Shown here: positions 18,853 to 27,341 of the stretch, in pieces
Numbering within the stretch: position 1 is the first letter of the stretch
Layout: each line of letters opens with the position of its first letter
From: a virus
Lineage: Duplodnaviria; Caudoviricetes
Length of the DNA: 55,092 nucleotides
Virus record (IMG/VR): IMGVR_UViG_3300037882_003063
Location: 1-55,092 of that record
Direction: 5' to 3' (one strand)
The notes under the pieces: model-generated
Seen by the model: only the letters and a program-made list of their open reading frames with translations
Database searches by the model: none
What the model was told of the DNA's origin: nothing
Program-made: the position numbers and the translations under genes

Positions 18853-19003
18853 AAAACACAACACCCGCCTCTCGAGAGGCGGTGTTTGTCCGACTGAGCC
18901 GCATCGGGCGAGGGTCGTCTGCGTCTAGCTACTCCTCGAGCTTAACCCGTGGCGCTAAGTTGGGGCGCGGCATTCCACTAAGCCGTCCGCCTCTGCCGTA
19001 CAG
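18853..19003 (-). ncRNA. Candidate ~150-nt structured RNA
   Basis: TTGACA-17-TATTTT (19037-19009); GC-rich with several stems; ends in the palindrome CCGCCTCTCGAGAGGCGG plus a U-rich tail. Confidence 0.5.
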
Positions 19004-19115
19004 GGTGCAAAATACCATGCTCCGAAAGATGTGTCAAGTATGTTTTCCCTAGCCTCTTGATTATTCTAGTCATGGCTTTGAACCTAGTCGTTAAACAGGG
19101 CGGGCATCGAAGTGG

Positions 19116-19523
19116 TTAGCGAAGCGGCGCTCTTTGCACCTTGTAGCGGTGAGGGCGTAAGATTAGCAACTCGAGAAGAAAATCTTGGTCGTGACTCGAG
19201 GTGTCGAATTTCATGTTTTTTGACAACAACTCTTGGGGCTTATTGTTTAAGGAAAAATGGCTTCTGAAAGCATCCATCTTATCGGGTGTGGAAGGTAGCT
19301 CGAGCATTCTACCCCTCGAGTAACTTCTTGCCGCTTCTGAGATTGTGGTCTTGATTAGTTCAATCAGTTTAGGATGCCATTCTTTGTAGTAAAAGGCAGG
19401 GCTTACGGCTTCTCTGAAAACACGTTCGCGTAATTCAGGCGGGTAGCCTGAATGGTTTATGTCAAGCACATAGGCTAAGTGGTGAGGGGCTACACAAAAC
19501 AGCGTTATCTTGAATTCATTCAT
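19116..19523 (-). CDS. Hypothetical protein
   Basis: Start at 19523 (GGCGGT RBS), overlapping the upstream stop. Confidence 0.6.
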   Translation of the reverse strand: MNEFKITLFCVAPHHLAYVLDINHSGYPPELRERVFREAVSPAFYYKEWHPKLIELIKTTISEAARSYSRGRMLELPSTPDKMDAFRSHFSLNNKPQELLSKNMKFDTSSHDQDFLLELLILRPHRYKVQRAPLR

Positions 19524-19749
19524 TTTGCTTACCGCCTTTGTTGAATTGAACTCGAGCCATCCACTTGAAAAAGGCATCACGGGGTAGGCTGACCGATAGC
19601 TTCAAAGTGTCTTGTTTTGTGAAGTGGCTAACGTTGAAGCCCTTGGCTTGTTTCGTGACGAAACTACCAGCAAGCGAGTGGGTGTAATTGAGTTTTGATT
19701 CAACAAACTCAGGTCTTAAGTAGGAACGAAGGGGCGGCATATTTTTCAT
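19516..19749 (-). CDS. Hypothetical protein (possible RHH-like C-terminus)
   Basis: GAGG RBS; LKLSVSLPRDAF motif. Confidence 0.5.
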   Translation of the reverse strand: MKNMPPLRSYLRPEFVESKLNYTHSLAGSFVTKQAKGFNVSHFTKQDTLKLSVSLPRDAFFKWMARVQFNKGGKQNE

Positions 19750-19952
19750 TAAGAACCTCTTTTGGAGCGTGGTTCAAGGTAGATAAACGGTGTCCACTTG
19801 TAACCAAAAATTAGCACTCGAGTTGCCTTGAGGGCTGTACCATGAGCAGATTGCCATTTGCCGAAGTTAATCCAGAACACAAAACTCCTTTTGGTGCATC
19901 TATTATTATGCACCAATAAAACGTTGTTGTCAAGGGCTACCCCAACAATCAA
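19749..19952 (-). CDS. Hypothetical protein
   Basis: TAATG-coupled to the next gene; weak start. Confidence 0.35.
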   Translation of the reverse strand: MIVGVALDNNVLLVHNNRCTKRSFVFWINFGKWQSAHGTALKATRVLIFGYKWTPFIYLEPRSKRGS

Positions 19953-20292
19953 CTTTTGATTCTATTCGTCAGGCAAGGGCGACACTGCCATGTATCGGCT
20001 TTCGTTTAATGTGTCCTTTTTGACGGCTCGAGTCATCTCACCGTGCAATGGTGCTACACATCACGCGCCCGTGATAAGAGTGTATCCACGGCGATACTCA
20101 CGGCTTTAAGGTTCGTGACCTCCTCGAGCTATTTTCAAACCGCTCTGGTTTAATGCGCTTCTCAGCCCCGTAGCATTCGTCGGAGTAAAACGGTTTCGTG
20201 ACGAAACCCAAGTCAATATACACCAACCTCGAGTCTTGGGCTATACCCTAGCGTTCGCTGTAGTGGCTTTTAAGGTGTCTCGAGAGTGCGCC

Positions 20293-20330
20293 AAAGAAAA
20301 AGACCCTAAGCAGCGACTCTTAGGGTCTTA
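20293..20330 (-). terminator. Terminator after the secreted-protein gene
   Basis: AAGACCCTAAG / CTTAGGGTCTT stem plus T run; stem resembles the one at 14066. Confidence 0.8.
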
Positions 20331-20346
20331 AAAACGATTGTAGAGG

Positions 20347-20934
20347 TCAGTTGATTAGAGGGGCATCGTCAATTGATGTTCCGCGTGGTGTTGGTATGTT
20401 TATATTCAGTTGACCCCAACAGCCCCAACAGCCTACCGCATCATAATCAGCGTCAATAATGGCAGTGATTGAGTTGTATTCGGCAACTTTTAGACTGTGC
20501 GGCACGAAACCAGCAGGCATTGGGGGTATTAGGTTGGGTATGTTGCCGACTGGCAAAGTGCTTAACAGTAGCTCTAATCGTTTAGCCTCATAAGCCTGTC
20601 GCCGCGCTCCATAAATCGGGGTCAGGACGTTAGCCGCACAATTTTTGGCTTCATTGATGCTGTAAGCACGGCGGTTGAAAAAAACCCACCACGGCGTAAC
20701 CGCGTAGCCCCATTGAATGCACTCCCAAACGGCGCGTTTGCCAATTGTTATGCTTAATTCTTTGAAATAAACGGGCTGACCATTGGTGGGATTAGTGATT
20801 TTAACGCCCCTTGACGAGTCATAAATGGAATCAATCAAAGCGATGCGCTGTGAGTCAACAGCATTTTGCGCTACTGCGGGGACTGACCAAATGGCGGCGG
20901 CGGATAAGAGCATGGATAACACAAGTTTTTTCAT
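20347..20934 (-). CDS. Secreted / exported protein (moron-like)
   Basis: Sec signal peptide MKKLVLSMLLSAAAIWSVPAVA-Q; four Cys including CWGC. Confidence 0.75.
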   Translation of the reverse strand: MKKLVLSMLLSAAAIWSVPAVAQNAVDSQRIALIDSIYDSSRGVKITNPTNGQPVYFKELSITIGKRAVWECIQWGYAVTPWWVFFNRRAYSINEAKNCAANVLTPIYGARRQAYEAKRLELLLSTLPVGNIPNLIPPMPAGFVPHSLKVAEYNSITAIIDADYDAVGCWGCWGQLNINIPTPRGTSIDDAPLIN

Positions 20935-21021
20935 AGAACCCCTTCGGATACGTGTTTGAATGAAGACTTATAAAAAGAGCCACCCTTTAGGGGCGACTAC
21001 TAAAACACAAACCACTGTTAC

Positions 21022-21093
21022 TTATTGAGGCTCTTCGCCTTGCCCCTCGTCGCCTGTATCTTCGCCTTCGGGAGCGCTTTCTTCGGTTCGCAT
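21022..21093 (-). CDS. 23-aa acidic peptide (not in track)
   Basis: TATAAT then AAGGAGGTGA RBS then MRTEESAPEGEDTGDEGQGEEPQ*. Confidence 0.6.
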   Translation of the reverse strand: MRTEESAPEGEDTGDEGQGEEPQ

Positions 21094-21121
21094 ATCATCA
21101 CCTCCTTACTTAGATTATACA

Positions 21122-22825
21122 CTAACGCCCTCGGTTTTGCTGTAACAACTTGAGGAACTTGGCTCGAGCTAAAGCCTCTTGTTTGCTATTCTCAGGCGAA
21201 TCCTCAGTAGTCGTGCCGCCTAGCCCGTCATCAACCCTCATGCGTTTAAGCGCTAGGGTCACAGCAAGGCTTACAGCGTCTACACGGTCATCATGAAGCC
21301 CCATTGGGAAAGCGACACATTCATCCACAAAGGCATCGTTCCAAGAGCCTTCTACAAGATAAACCTTACCCTGCTCAGCACGGTAAGACCAAATAGAAGC
21401 CCTCTCAACTTTGTCCCTGTCTGGTACAACACTAAAGAATCTCAAGTGAACTAGGTCAGGGTCGTTCCTAAAATCACTGTACAGGGCAGAGCCGTTTGAG
21501 GCTCTTTCGATACCAGTCTCGAGGGGGTCATTAAAGACGACTTCTTTTAACCATTCTCTTTGCTTTGACCACTCGAGCTTTTCAGCCCCGACGAATCTGA
21601 TGTAAAGATTGTTGCGACCATCAAAAGCAATTTCGGCGTATGCGGTGTTATCGGCTTGCTTCTCTTCGCTCGAGGCACAGTCAATGCCCCTGAACCATTG
21701 CAAACCACGCGGGGCGGTACGAACGATGTGAAACCACTCCCGCTTAAATATGTTTCCATCCTCGAGTATTTCCCAGTCACCAAACAAAAGGCGATTACGT
21801 TTGACAAGGGGCAAGTTCATCAACGTATTCATGTAATTCTGATTACGCATGAGGTACGGGTTGTCTTGCAGCAGGGCGGCAATAAAGGTGCGACTTCTCG
21901 AGAACTTTGTGCCTTCTGGTACTTCGGTCTCAACGTCATTGACACGTAAGAACCAACGAACCTCACCACTGTCAGCCCGTTTGCCTGAGTGCTTTAATCC
22001 CTTGGCTTTGAAAGCCTCATGGTCAATGGCGTAACCCTTTGGATACTTCTTATCAAGCCATGCGCCCCACCGTTTTTTAATCCATCCGTGACCGTTGCCC
22101 CCTGGATTCGCTGTCGCTCGAATCTTGAGTTTTACTTCTGGATTTACGCAACGGTTACGCGAAGTGAGGAAAATATAATCCTCTTCGTTGTGTTGTTGTA
22201 ATTCGTCGAAACCAATAAACGCATAGGCTAGACCTTCGTGGGCTGTGACGTGTTCCTTGTTCCTTAAGTGTCTGAGCGTGACCGTTCCTGCTTGCTTGCC
22301 TTTGACTGATAAGAAACGCCAACGCATTTGACCAGCAGAGTAATTAGCTCTTGCCCTGACGTAGAACTCATTTGTCTTCTCGAGCAAACCGTCAGAGCCT
22401 TGTAAATCACCAATGGTTTTTCTGAAAAGAATTGCGCTGTAACTTTCTAAATGAGCTTGGGCGGCTGCATCTGCAATGAGAGCAATGGATTTACCACCAC
22501 CAGCAGCCCCGCCGTACAATGCTTCATCCGCATCTGTGATTAAGAAGAGGTGTTGAGGACTAATCAGCTTAGGGGCAACTGGCTCATTTGGAATGAAACC
22601 AATTGCCTCGAGTCCGACCTTTGGCACACGGCGTTTAGGGTTTGCCCTGTGAGCCTTTGGGTTTTGCTTGGCTCGAGCCTTGACCCTCTCAGGGACAGGC
22701 ATACCGTAGCTATGGGCTTTGCGTTCAATGACTGACGCGATGACTTGACGCGGGTTAGCTCTTAGTCGGTGAAGACGAACCCTAGCTGCCCCTGATGATG
22801 GTTGGAATGGGTAAGCCATAATCAA
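21122..22825 (-). CDS. terL: Terminase large subunit
   Basis: Walker A YGGAAGGGKS, Walker B FIGFDE, ATANPGG, nuclease motifs GIDCA and HDDRVDA. Confidence 0.95.
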   Translation of the reverse strand: MIMAYPFQPSSGAARVRLHRLRANPRQVIASVIERKAHSYGMPVPERVKARAKQNPKAHRANPKRRVPKVGLEAIGFIPNEPVAPKLISPQHLFLITDADEALYGGAAGGGKSIALIADAAAQAHLESYSAILFRKTIGDLQGSDGLLEKTNEFYVRARANYSAGQMRWRFLSVKGKQAGTVTLRHLRNKEHVTAHEGLAYAFIGFDELQQHNEEDYIFLTSRNRCVNPEVKLKIRATANPGGNGHGWIKKRWGAWLDKKYPKGYAIDHEAFKAKGLKHSGKRADSGEVRWFLRVNDVETEVPEGTKFSRSRTFIAALLQDNPYLMRNQNYMNTLMNLPLVKRNRLLFGDWEILEDGNIFKREWFHIVRTAPRGLQWFRGIDCASSEEKQADNTAYAEIAFDGRNNLYIRFVGAEKLEWSKQREWLKEVVFNDPLETGIERASNGSALYSDFRNDPDLVHLRFFSVVPDRDKVERASIWSYRAEQGKVYLVEGSWNDAFVDECVAFPMGLHDDRVDAVSLAVTLALKRMRVDDGLGGTTTEDSPENSKQEALARAKFLKLLQQNRGR

Positions 22826-23391
22826 TCTTCGTCTTGGGCTTCGTACCGCTCAGTGTACGCTTCCCACAATTCGGCTAGGTAATCGTCGCCCCATAAGTCT
22901 CTGATAAGGTCAAACATCACGCCCAAGGTCACGCTTTCATCTGCTCTGAGTAAGCGTGATTCATTTGTGCGAGTGGCTAAGAATCGGCTGCTGTGTCTTA
23001 CTCGAGCTTCGGCTTCGGCGGGGGTTTCGTATCTGGTGAGCCTCTTGCCGTCCAGTATTCTTTGTTGCCCTGTCTCTTCGTCTATGTCGGGAACTCTGCG
23101 CCTTGCCGTTGCGATACTTTGAAGGTGATTTGATTTTGCTACTGAACTAGCCCATGAAAGACCTTCAAACAATTGTGTGTGAACTGTGTCCTTGCCGTCT
23201 TGTTGGTCGAGCAGGGCGGTCTCTTTCCATCTGTGATACGTCATTCTCGAGATGCCTATTATCTCGCATACCTCGAGCATGGTTAAGCCCCTGCTGATTT
23301 GTAGTTTGATTTGATTTACGATTTCTTGGGTGAGTTTTTTGGGTGTGCGTAGTGCTTTTGGTTGTCCAAATAAATCGGATATTTCACTCAT
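22822..23391 (-). CDS. terS: Terminase small subunit
   Basis: N-terminal HTH (LTMLEVCEIIGISRMTYHRW); overlaps the terL start. Confidence 0.75.
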   Translation of the reverse strand: MSEISDLFGQPKALRTPKKLTQEIVNQIKLQISRGLTMLEVCEIIGISRMTYHRWKETALLDQQDGKDTVHTQLFEGLSWASSVAKSNHLQSIATARRRVPDIDEETGQQRILDGKRLTRYETPAEAEARVRHSSRFLATRTNESRLLRADESVTLGVMFDLIRDLWGDDYLAELWEAYTERYEAQDED

Positions 23392-23482
23392 AGGATGCCC
23401 TTTCTAACCTCTTATCGCCGTGCGAATAGGGGCGGCTCTGCCTTGCAGAGCAGTTAGGCTTTGCATGGTATCAAACAGCAAT

Positions 23483-23517
23483 AAAAAACACAACCCAAGG
23501 GCTTAACTTGGGTTGTG
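23483..23517 (-). terminator. Terminator closing island B left operon
   Basis: CACAACCCAAG / CTTGGGTTGTG stem plus T6. Confidence 0.8.
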
Positions 23518-23539
23518 CCTGTGTGACCTGTGAGCCTCT

Positions 23540-23830
23540 TTAATCCATTGGTATGATGCCTTGAGCCTTGGCATACTCAAAATTCTCTGAGACCTGTTTA
23601 GGGACTTCTGACGGCTCAAGAATGAACTTTTGATACTCACCTTGATACAGTGGGTTAGGTCGGGCTTCATCAAGGTAGTAGTTGCTCAGGTGTAAAAACT
23701 TGTAGTAATAATGGTCGTTAATGTACTCACTGGGCGTTACCTTTGTCACGCTAACGATGACACCGTACCTCACTGGGCGCGTTGGTCGTTGCGCTTTGAT
23801 TAGCTGACCGATTCTAAAGAGTTGTGTCAT
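23540..23830 (-). CDS. Hypothetical protein (SH3/KOW-like start)
   Basis: FRIGQLIK...YGVIV motif; GGAC RBS. Confidence 0.6.
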   Translation of the reverse strand: MTQLFRIGQLIKAQRPTRPVRYGVIVSVTKVTPSEYINDHYYYKFLHLSNYYLDEARPNPLYQGEYQKFILEPSEVPKQVSENFEYAKAQGIIPMD

Positions 23831-24227
23831 TGTGTCCTGCCATGAGGTGTACTAGGGCATCAACTCTATGTTGAGCTTGTTCTTTGTCTCGAGCGGCTTG
23901 CTTCTCGAGTGTTCGTTTTTTTTCTGCAAGCCGCTCTTGTGGTGTTGATACGAAGGGCTTTCTTGGTTTGAAGTATTCGAGTTGTTTTCTGTTTTCAATT
24001 CGGTATCGCATCCAAGCGTCATTAAAATCGTAGCGGATATAAATATAATCATCGCCACGTTTCCAGTAAGCGATTAGGTTTTCACTGTCTTCTTTAAGAT
24101 AATCGGGCTGCTTGCATTTTTGCCATTGCTTATCGAATCCGAGATGTTTTGATAAGCCAACAATTGCAATAATGGCTAGGCTCGAGTCCCAATAAACCCG
24201 CCTTGGGCTTTTAGTCTGCATATTCAT
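23814..24227 (-). CDS. Hypothetical protein
   Basis: Part of an overlapping gene chain. Confidence 0.6.
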   Translation of the reverse strand: MNMQTKSPRRVYWDSSLAIIAIVGLSKHLGFDKQWQKCKQPDYLKEDSENLIAYWKRGDDYIYIRYDFNDAWMRYRIENRKQLEYFKPRKPFVSTPQERLAEKKRTLEKQAARDKEQAQHRVDALVHLMAGHNDTTL

Positions 24228-24477
24228 CCTTTTCGTGTGTGCTTGCATTGAGTGTCGCAACGTAAAGGGCTTTCTTGACGTGAATCACCAAGCCTAATTT
24301 TACAAGTTGTTTTAGGCTTTGAATGACCAAAGCCTTATTCTTGATGTAATCGTGACGAGGGCGAACGTGTTGCACCAAAAGAGCGTTTCTGGTGACTCGA
24401 CCCATTGCAACAACGGTTTCGTAGACTCGAGCCTGAACGACTTCTAAAGAATCTTCGGGTTTATGTTTGGGCTTCAT
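24211..24477 (-). CDS. Putative winged-helix protein
   Basis: SLKQLVKLGLVIHVKKALY pattern; AGGAG RBS. Confidence 0.5.
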   Translation of the reverse strand: MKPKHKPEDSLEVVQARVYETVVAMGRVTRNALLVQHVRPRHDYIKNKALVIQSLKQLVKLGLVIHVKKALYVATLNASTHEKDEYAD

Positions 24478-24715
24478 TAACTATCGCTCCTATCTTAATT
24501 TGGATTAGCCTAGGCTGTGCCAAAAATTCAACGTGTGTCTTTGTCGGGGCGGCTGGTGGGAGTTGAATGTAGTCTTTGCATACAACCGCATGAGGATTCT
24601 CAAATCTGACCTGATGATGTAGGCAAACGTTAGAGACTTTGTGTGGATTCGAGAACTGCTTAAAGAAAAGGCAGTTAGCGCATTTAGCAACGGGCATAAG
24701 GTCAAGTTGTTGCAT
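24461..24715 (-). CDS. Small Cys-rich (Zn-binding) protein
   Basis: CANC...C...C; GGGAGG RBS before ATG at 24715. Confidence 0.6.
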   Translation of the reverse strand: MQQLDLMPVAKCANCLFFKQFSNPHKVSNVCLHHQVRFENPHAVVCKDYIQLPPAAPTKTHVEFLAQPRLIQIKIGAIVNEAQT

Positions 24716-25016
24716 TTTTCGCCTCCCGTTTCGTGACGAAACTTTCTTTGACTTTCGCGTTAAACCTAACGCCGCCGTTATCGGCTTCGCATGTGATGAT
24801 AACCGCATAATCAAGAAACGAAAACGTGACGGTTGCACAAGAGGGCTGAATCAGGTTTATACCTTGCTTGTTTGCTCCATCTCGAAGCTGTGAAGCGGCT
24901 TTCAGGGTTAGGTGAAGGGCATCAGAAACCTCAACTTGTGGTAAGCCTTGGTCTCTGAGCGCGGTTAAGGCAAGCTCTAAACTCGAGCCTTTAAGTGCAA
25001 AAATAATGTTATTCAT
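24702..25016 (-). CDS. Hypothetical protein
   Basis: GAGGA RBS. Confidence 0.65.
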   Translation of the reverse strand: MNNIIFALKGSSLELALTALRDQGLPQVEVSDALHLTLKAASQLRDGANKQGINLIQPSCATVTFSFLDYAVIITCEADNGGVRFNAKVKESFVTKREAKNATT

Positions 25017-25310
25017 TTAATCCTCGAAGTAGTGATCGGCAATCTCGACCCAGTAAACCTCACCTACGCACCAATCTTCGGGCGCGAAGTGTTCAAAGCG
25101 CTCCTTCATTAGTTCGGGTGTCAAGTTGTCGCCATTGTCAATTTTTGCGCGTATCCACTCACTGGACTGTGAGCGCTGCATTAAGTTTAGGCTAACACTC
25201 CAAGTGGCTGAATTGACAAACCCGTTACAGGGTTTGTCATTGCTTTCGGCTTTATAGGCTTCAACTTGGGCGTATAAGAGTTCCTTATACGCCAACTGTT
25301 TAGCGGTCAT
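25017..25310 (-). CDS. Hypothetical protein
   Basis: TAATG-coupled start at 25310. Confidence 0.65.
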   Translation of the reverse strand: MTAKQLAYKELLYAQVEAYKAESNDKPCNGFVNSATWSVSLNLMQRSQSSEWIRAKIDNGDNLTPELMKERFEHFAPEDWCVGEVYWVEIADHYFED

Positions 25311-25477
25311 TAGTACCACACTCCCGCCGCGTACTGCATCGGGGCTGTTGTCATTTTGGTCAGATACTCCGTGTTCGCTTTGATGGTTTCGACCAGTTTA
25401 GAAACTGGTGTTTGAAACCACTTGAAACGGTCATCTGGACTTGGGTCGGGGCTAATGTCGCTTATATCTGTTTTCAT
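25310..25477 (-). CDS. 55-aa hypothetical protein, first gene of cassette B left operon (not in track)
   Basis: AAGGAGG RBS; MKTDISDISPDPSPDDRFKWF...AGVWY*. Confidence 0.7.
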   Translation of the reverse strand: MKTDISDISPDPSPDDRFKWFQTPVSKLVETIKANTEYLTKMTTAPMQYAAGVWY

Positions 25478-25480
25478 GGT

Positions 25481-25758
25481 GTGCTACCTCCTTGGTAGTG
25501 AGTGCAAGGTATCATGCAAAATACAAATAGACTAGGGACGTTTGTCTAGTAGTGACTTTTTGGCTTTTGGTCGTCTCATAACCCTGTCTTGTGAGTGCTG
25601 TGAGCGCTTATAAGGCTGTCCTAGGCTGTCTCATGGCTCGAGTTACCAGACAGCTATATATAAGGCATTGTGAGCCATTCTAGGAGTCGGGACATTTATC
25701 ACTGTTTTAGGCGTTGGGTGTATCGTTACAATGCACTCACTACCAAAGGAGGTAGCAC
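25481..25758. promoter_or_regulatory. Bidirectional promoter cassette B
   Basis: Inverted arms 25481-25506 and 25731-25758; leftward TAGTCT-17-TACCTT, rightward TACAAT; boxes at 25535 and 25689. Confidence 0.85.
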
Positions 25759-25759
25759 C

Positions 25760-25969
25760 ATGAACGAACACACTTGCCCTACGTGCGATGGTACTGGAAT
25801 TGTTGAAGAGGTTCGCTCTTACTTTGACCAACACCAACAGCAATGGTATCTCGATTTCAAAGAAAAGCCATGCCTTGGCTGCTCACACGAAGAGCCTTAT
25901 GAGCCTGACGCTTGGGACTTTGACCGTGACTTCCCAACCTATCCCGACAGCGAAGACTTGCCCTTCTAA
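25760..25969 (+). CDS. Small acidic Zn-finger protein
   Basis: CPTCDGTG...CLGC; cassette RBS. Confidence 0.7.
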   Translation: MNEHTCPTCDGTGIVEEVRSYFDQHQQQWYLDFKEKPCLGCSHEEPYEPDAWDFDRDFPTYPDSEDLPF

Positions 25970-25978
25970 GAGGTTCTT

Positions 25979-26369
25979 ATGCTGATACCTGACAAACTCA
26001 CAGGCACGTCAATCCCTCGAGCAATAACCCATGTGGACGGCAAAGCCCTGACTATCAAGCAACAAAAAAAACGTTTATGTGAATATCGCCCACTCGAGAG
26101 GTATAGTTTTTGGTACGTTCCTCTATGACACTGACCTAAAATGTGGTTATGGGATTTACATGGTCATCATGGGAATCCTCAAGTTAAGCCCCAAACTGGT
26201 TTGGGATGTAGCGCTCGAATTGGATGCTAACGCCCATTGGACAGCAACCAAAGGCATACCAGATTATGAGGCGGTGCAGTTACGCCTTAAGAGTGGCAAC
26301 TGTGAGTATGTCATCAAACAAATTTTTGTCCATCAGTCTATCGCCCCTAGTCTTGTAAGGAGTTCTTAA
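25979..26369 (+). pseudogene. Gene split by a frameshift at an A8 run (26064-26071)
   Basis: ATG at 25979 has an RBS and stops after 49 aa; removing one A joins it in frame to 26079..26369, which has no RBS. Confidence 0.5.
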
Positions 26370-26370
26370 C

Positions 26371-26559
26371 ATGAAAGCTGAAAAAATCGCCCTCGACTAC
26401 ATAAACGGCAACCTCTCTGATATTCGGTTAGCCCTTAAGGAACTAACTCCGATTGAGGCAGTCAAAACCATGTTTGCCGCCCGTACCTTCCTTGAGCAGC
26501 ACGGCGGCAAACACGACTGCTCGATTTTTGAAAAGTGGGTCTCGAGGATGAGCGAATGA
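26371..26559 (+). CDS. Hypothetical protein
   Basis: AAGGAG RBS. Confidence 0.7.
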   Translation: MKAEKIALDYINGNLSDIRLALKELTPIEAVKTMFAARTFLEQHGGKHDCSIFEKWVSRMSE

Positions 26560-26744
26560 AGAAGCCCCTTGAAGTATTTGATTATCGAGGTTTTGAAGTT
26601 TCCAAGCGTTCGGCTGATAGCTACAGCGCCCAAAACAAAGCAGTTTGTAATTATGTTCTGCTTGCATCCACTAAAGAATCCATTCAAGCAATGATTGATG
26701 ACGAGCTTGCCCTCAAAGGAATTGGTTTATATGAAAATTACTGA
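26556..26744 (+). CDS. Hypothetical protein
   Basis: ATGA coupling. Confidence 0.6.
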   Translation: MKKPLEVFDYRGFEVSKRSADSYSAQNKAVCNYVLLASTKESIQAMIDDELALKGIGLYENY

Positions 26745-27252
26745 AAAATTCGTTCGTGAAGAACTGGCTCACGCCCTGACTCCTAATACTTCGCTCGAGT
26801 TGTACCCATCAGGCGGTTTGTGGTACGTCTGCGATAACGCCCAAAGGCGTTTAACTCTTGTGTCGGGTTCTCTTCGTGACTGCTATCATTTTCTTTGTGG
26901 TTACGCCACGGGTATGCCCAAAGTTAAAAGAGAAGAAGATGAGCAAAGGAATCTTTTACTTCTTTTAATGCCACGGGTTTTGGTTAGGTCGGAGCATGGT
27001 GAAAGCATGAAACTCTTAAATGCTGCAACTGCCGCCCTCTGGTTCGGTTCGGATAGCACCGATGTATTTTTGCAGCCTCTTAAAAATATGGGTGAGTATA
27101 TAAAAATAAAAGGCTTGATTCAATACGAAATTGAGTTAGGTGCATACCCCGCCTACCCTCACCATGATTTTATTCGTTGCGGCAAAGACACAACGAAAGA
27201 GCAACGCTTAGCCCGACTCGAGTACATTCTAAGTAAATACGCCGTTTCGTGA
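26731..27252 (+). CDS. Hypothetical protein
   Basis: AAGGA RBS; the stop codon lies inside a 15-bp palindrome copy. Confidence 0.7.
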   Translation: MKITEKFVREELAHALTPNTSLELYPSGGLWYVCDNAQRRLTLVSGSLRDCYHFLCGYATGMPKVKREEDEQRNLLLLLMPRVLVRSEHGESMKLLNAATAALWFGSDSTDVFLQPLKNMGEYIKIKGLIQYEIELGAYPAYPHHDFIRCGKDTTKEQRLARLEYILSKYAVS

Positions 27253-27264
27253 CGAAACAAAAAC

Positions 27265-27296
27265 AAAACCCGTGCAAATAAATGCACGGGTTTTTT
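27265..27296. terminator. Bidirectional terminator
   Basis: AAAACCCGTGCA / TGCACGGGTTTT between convergent genes. Confidence 0.85.
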
Positions 27297-27341
27297 GACG
27301 GCTGCACGTCTAGGGCATCTTAGTCTTTGGTCGTGAGAATT

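Noticed and set aside
19960-20020. Hammerhead ribozyme (CUGACGA and GAAA present)
   Set aside because: The required stem II pairing and the UH cleavage site are missing.
18780-20330. tRNA genes in the non-coding stretches
   Set aside because: No cloverleaf with a T-loop GTTCRA and acceptor stem was recognised.
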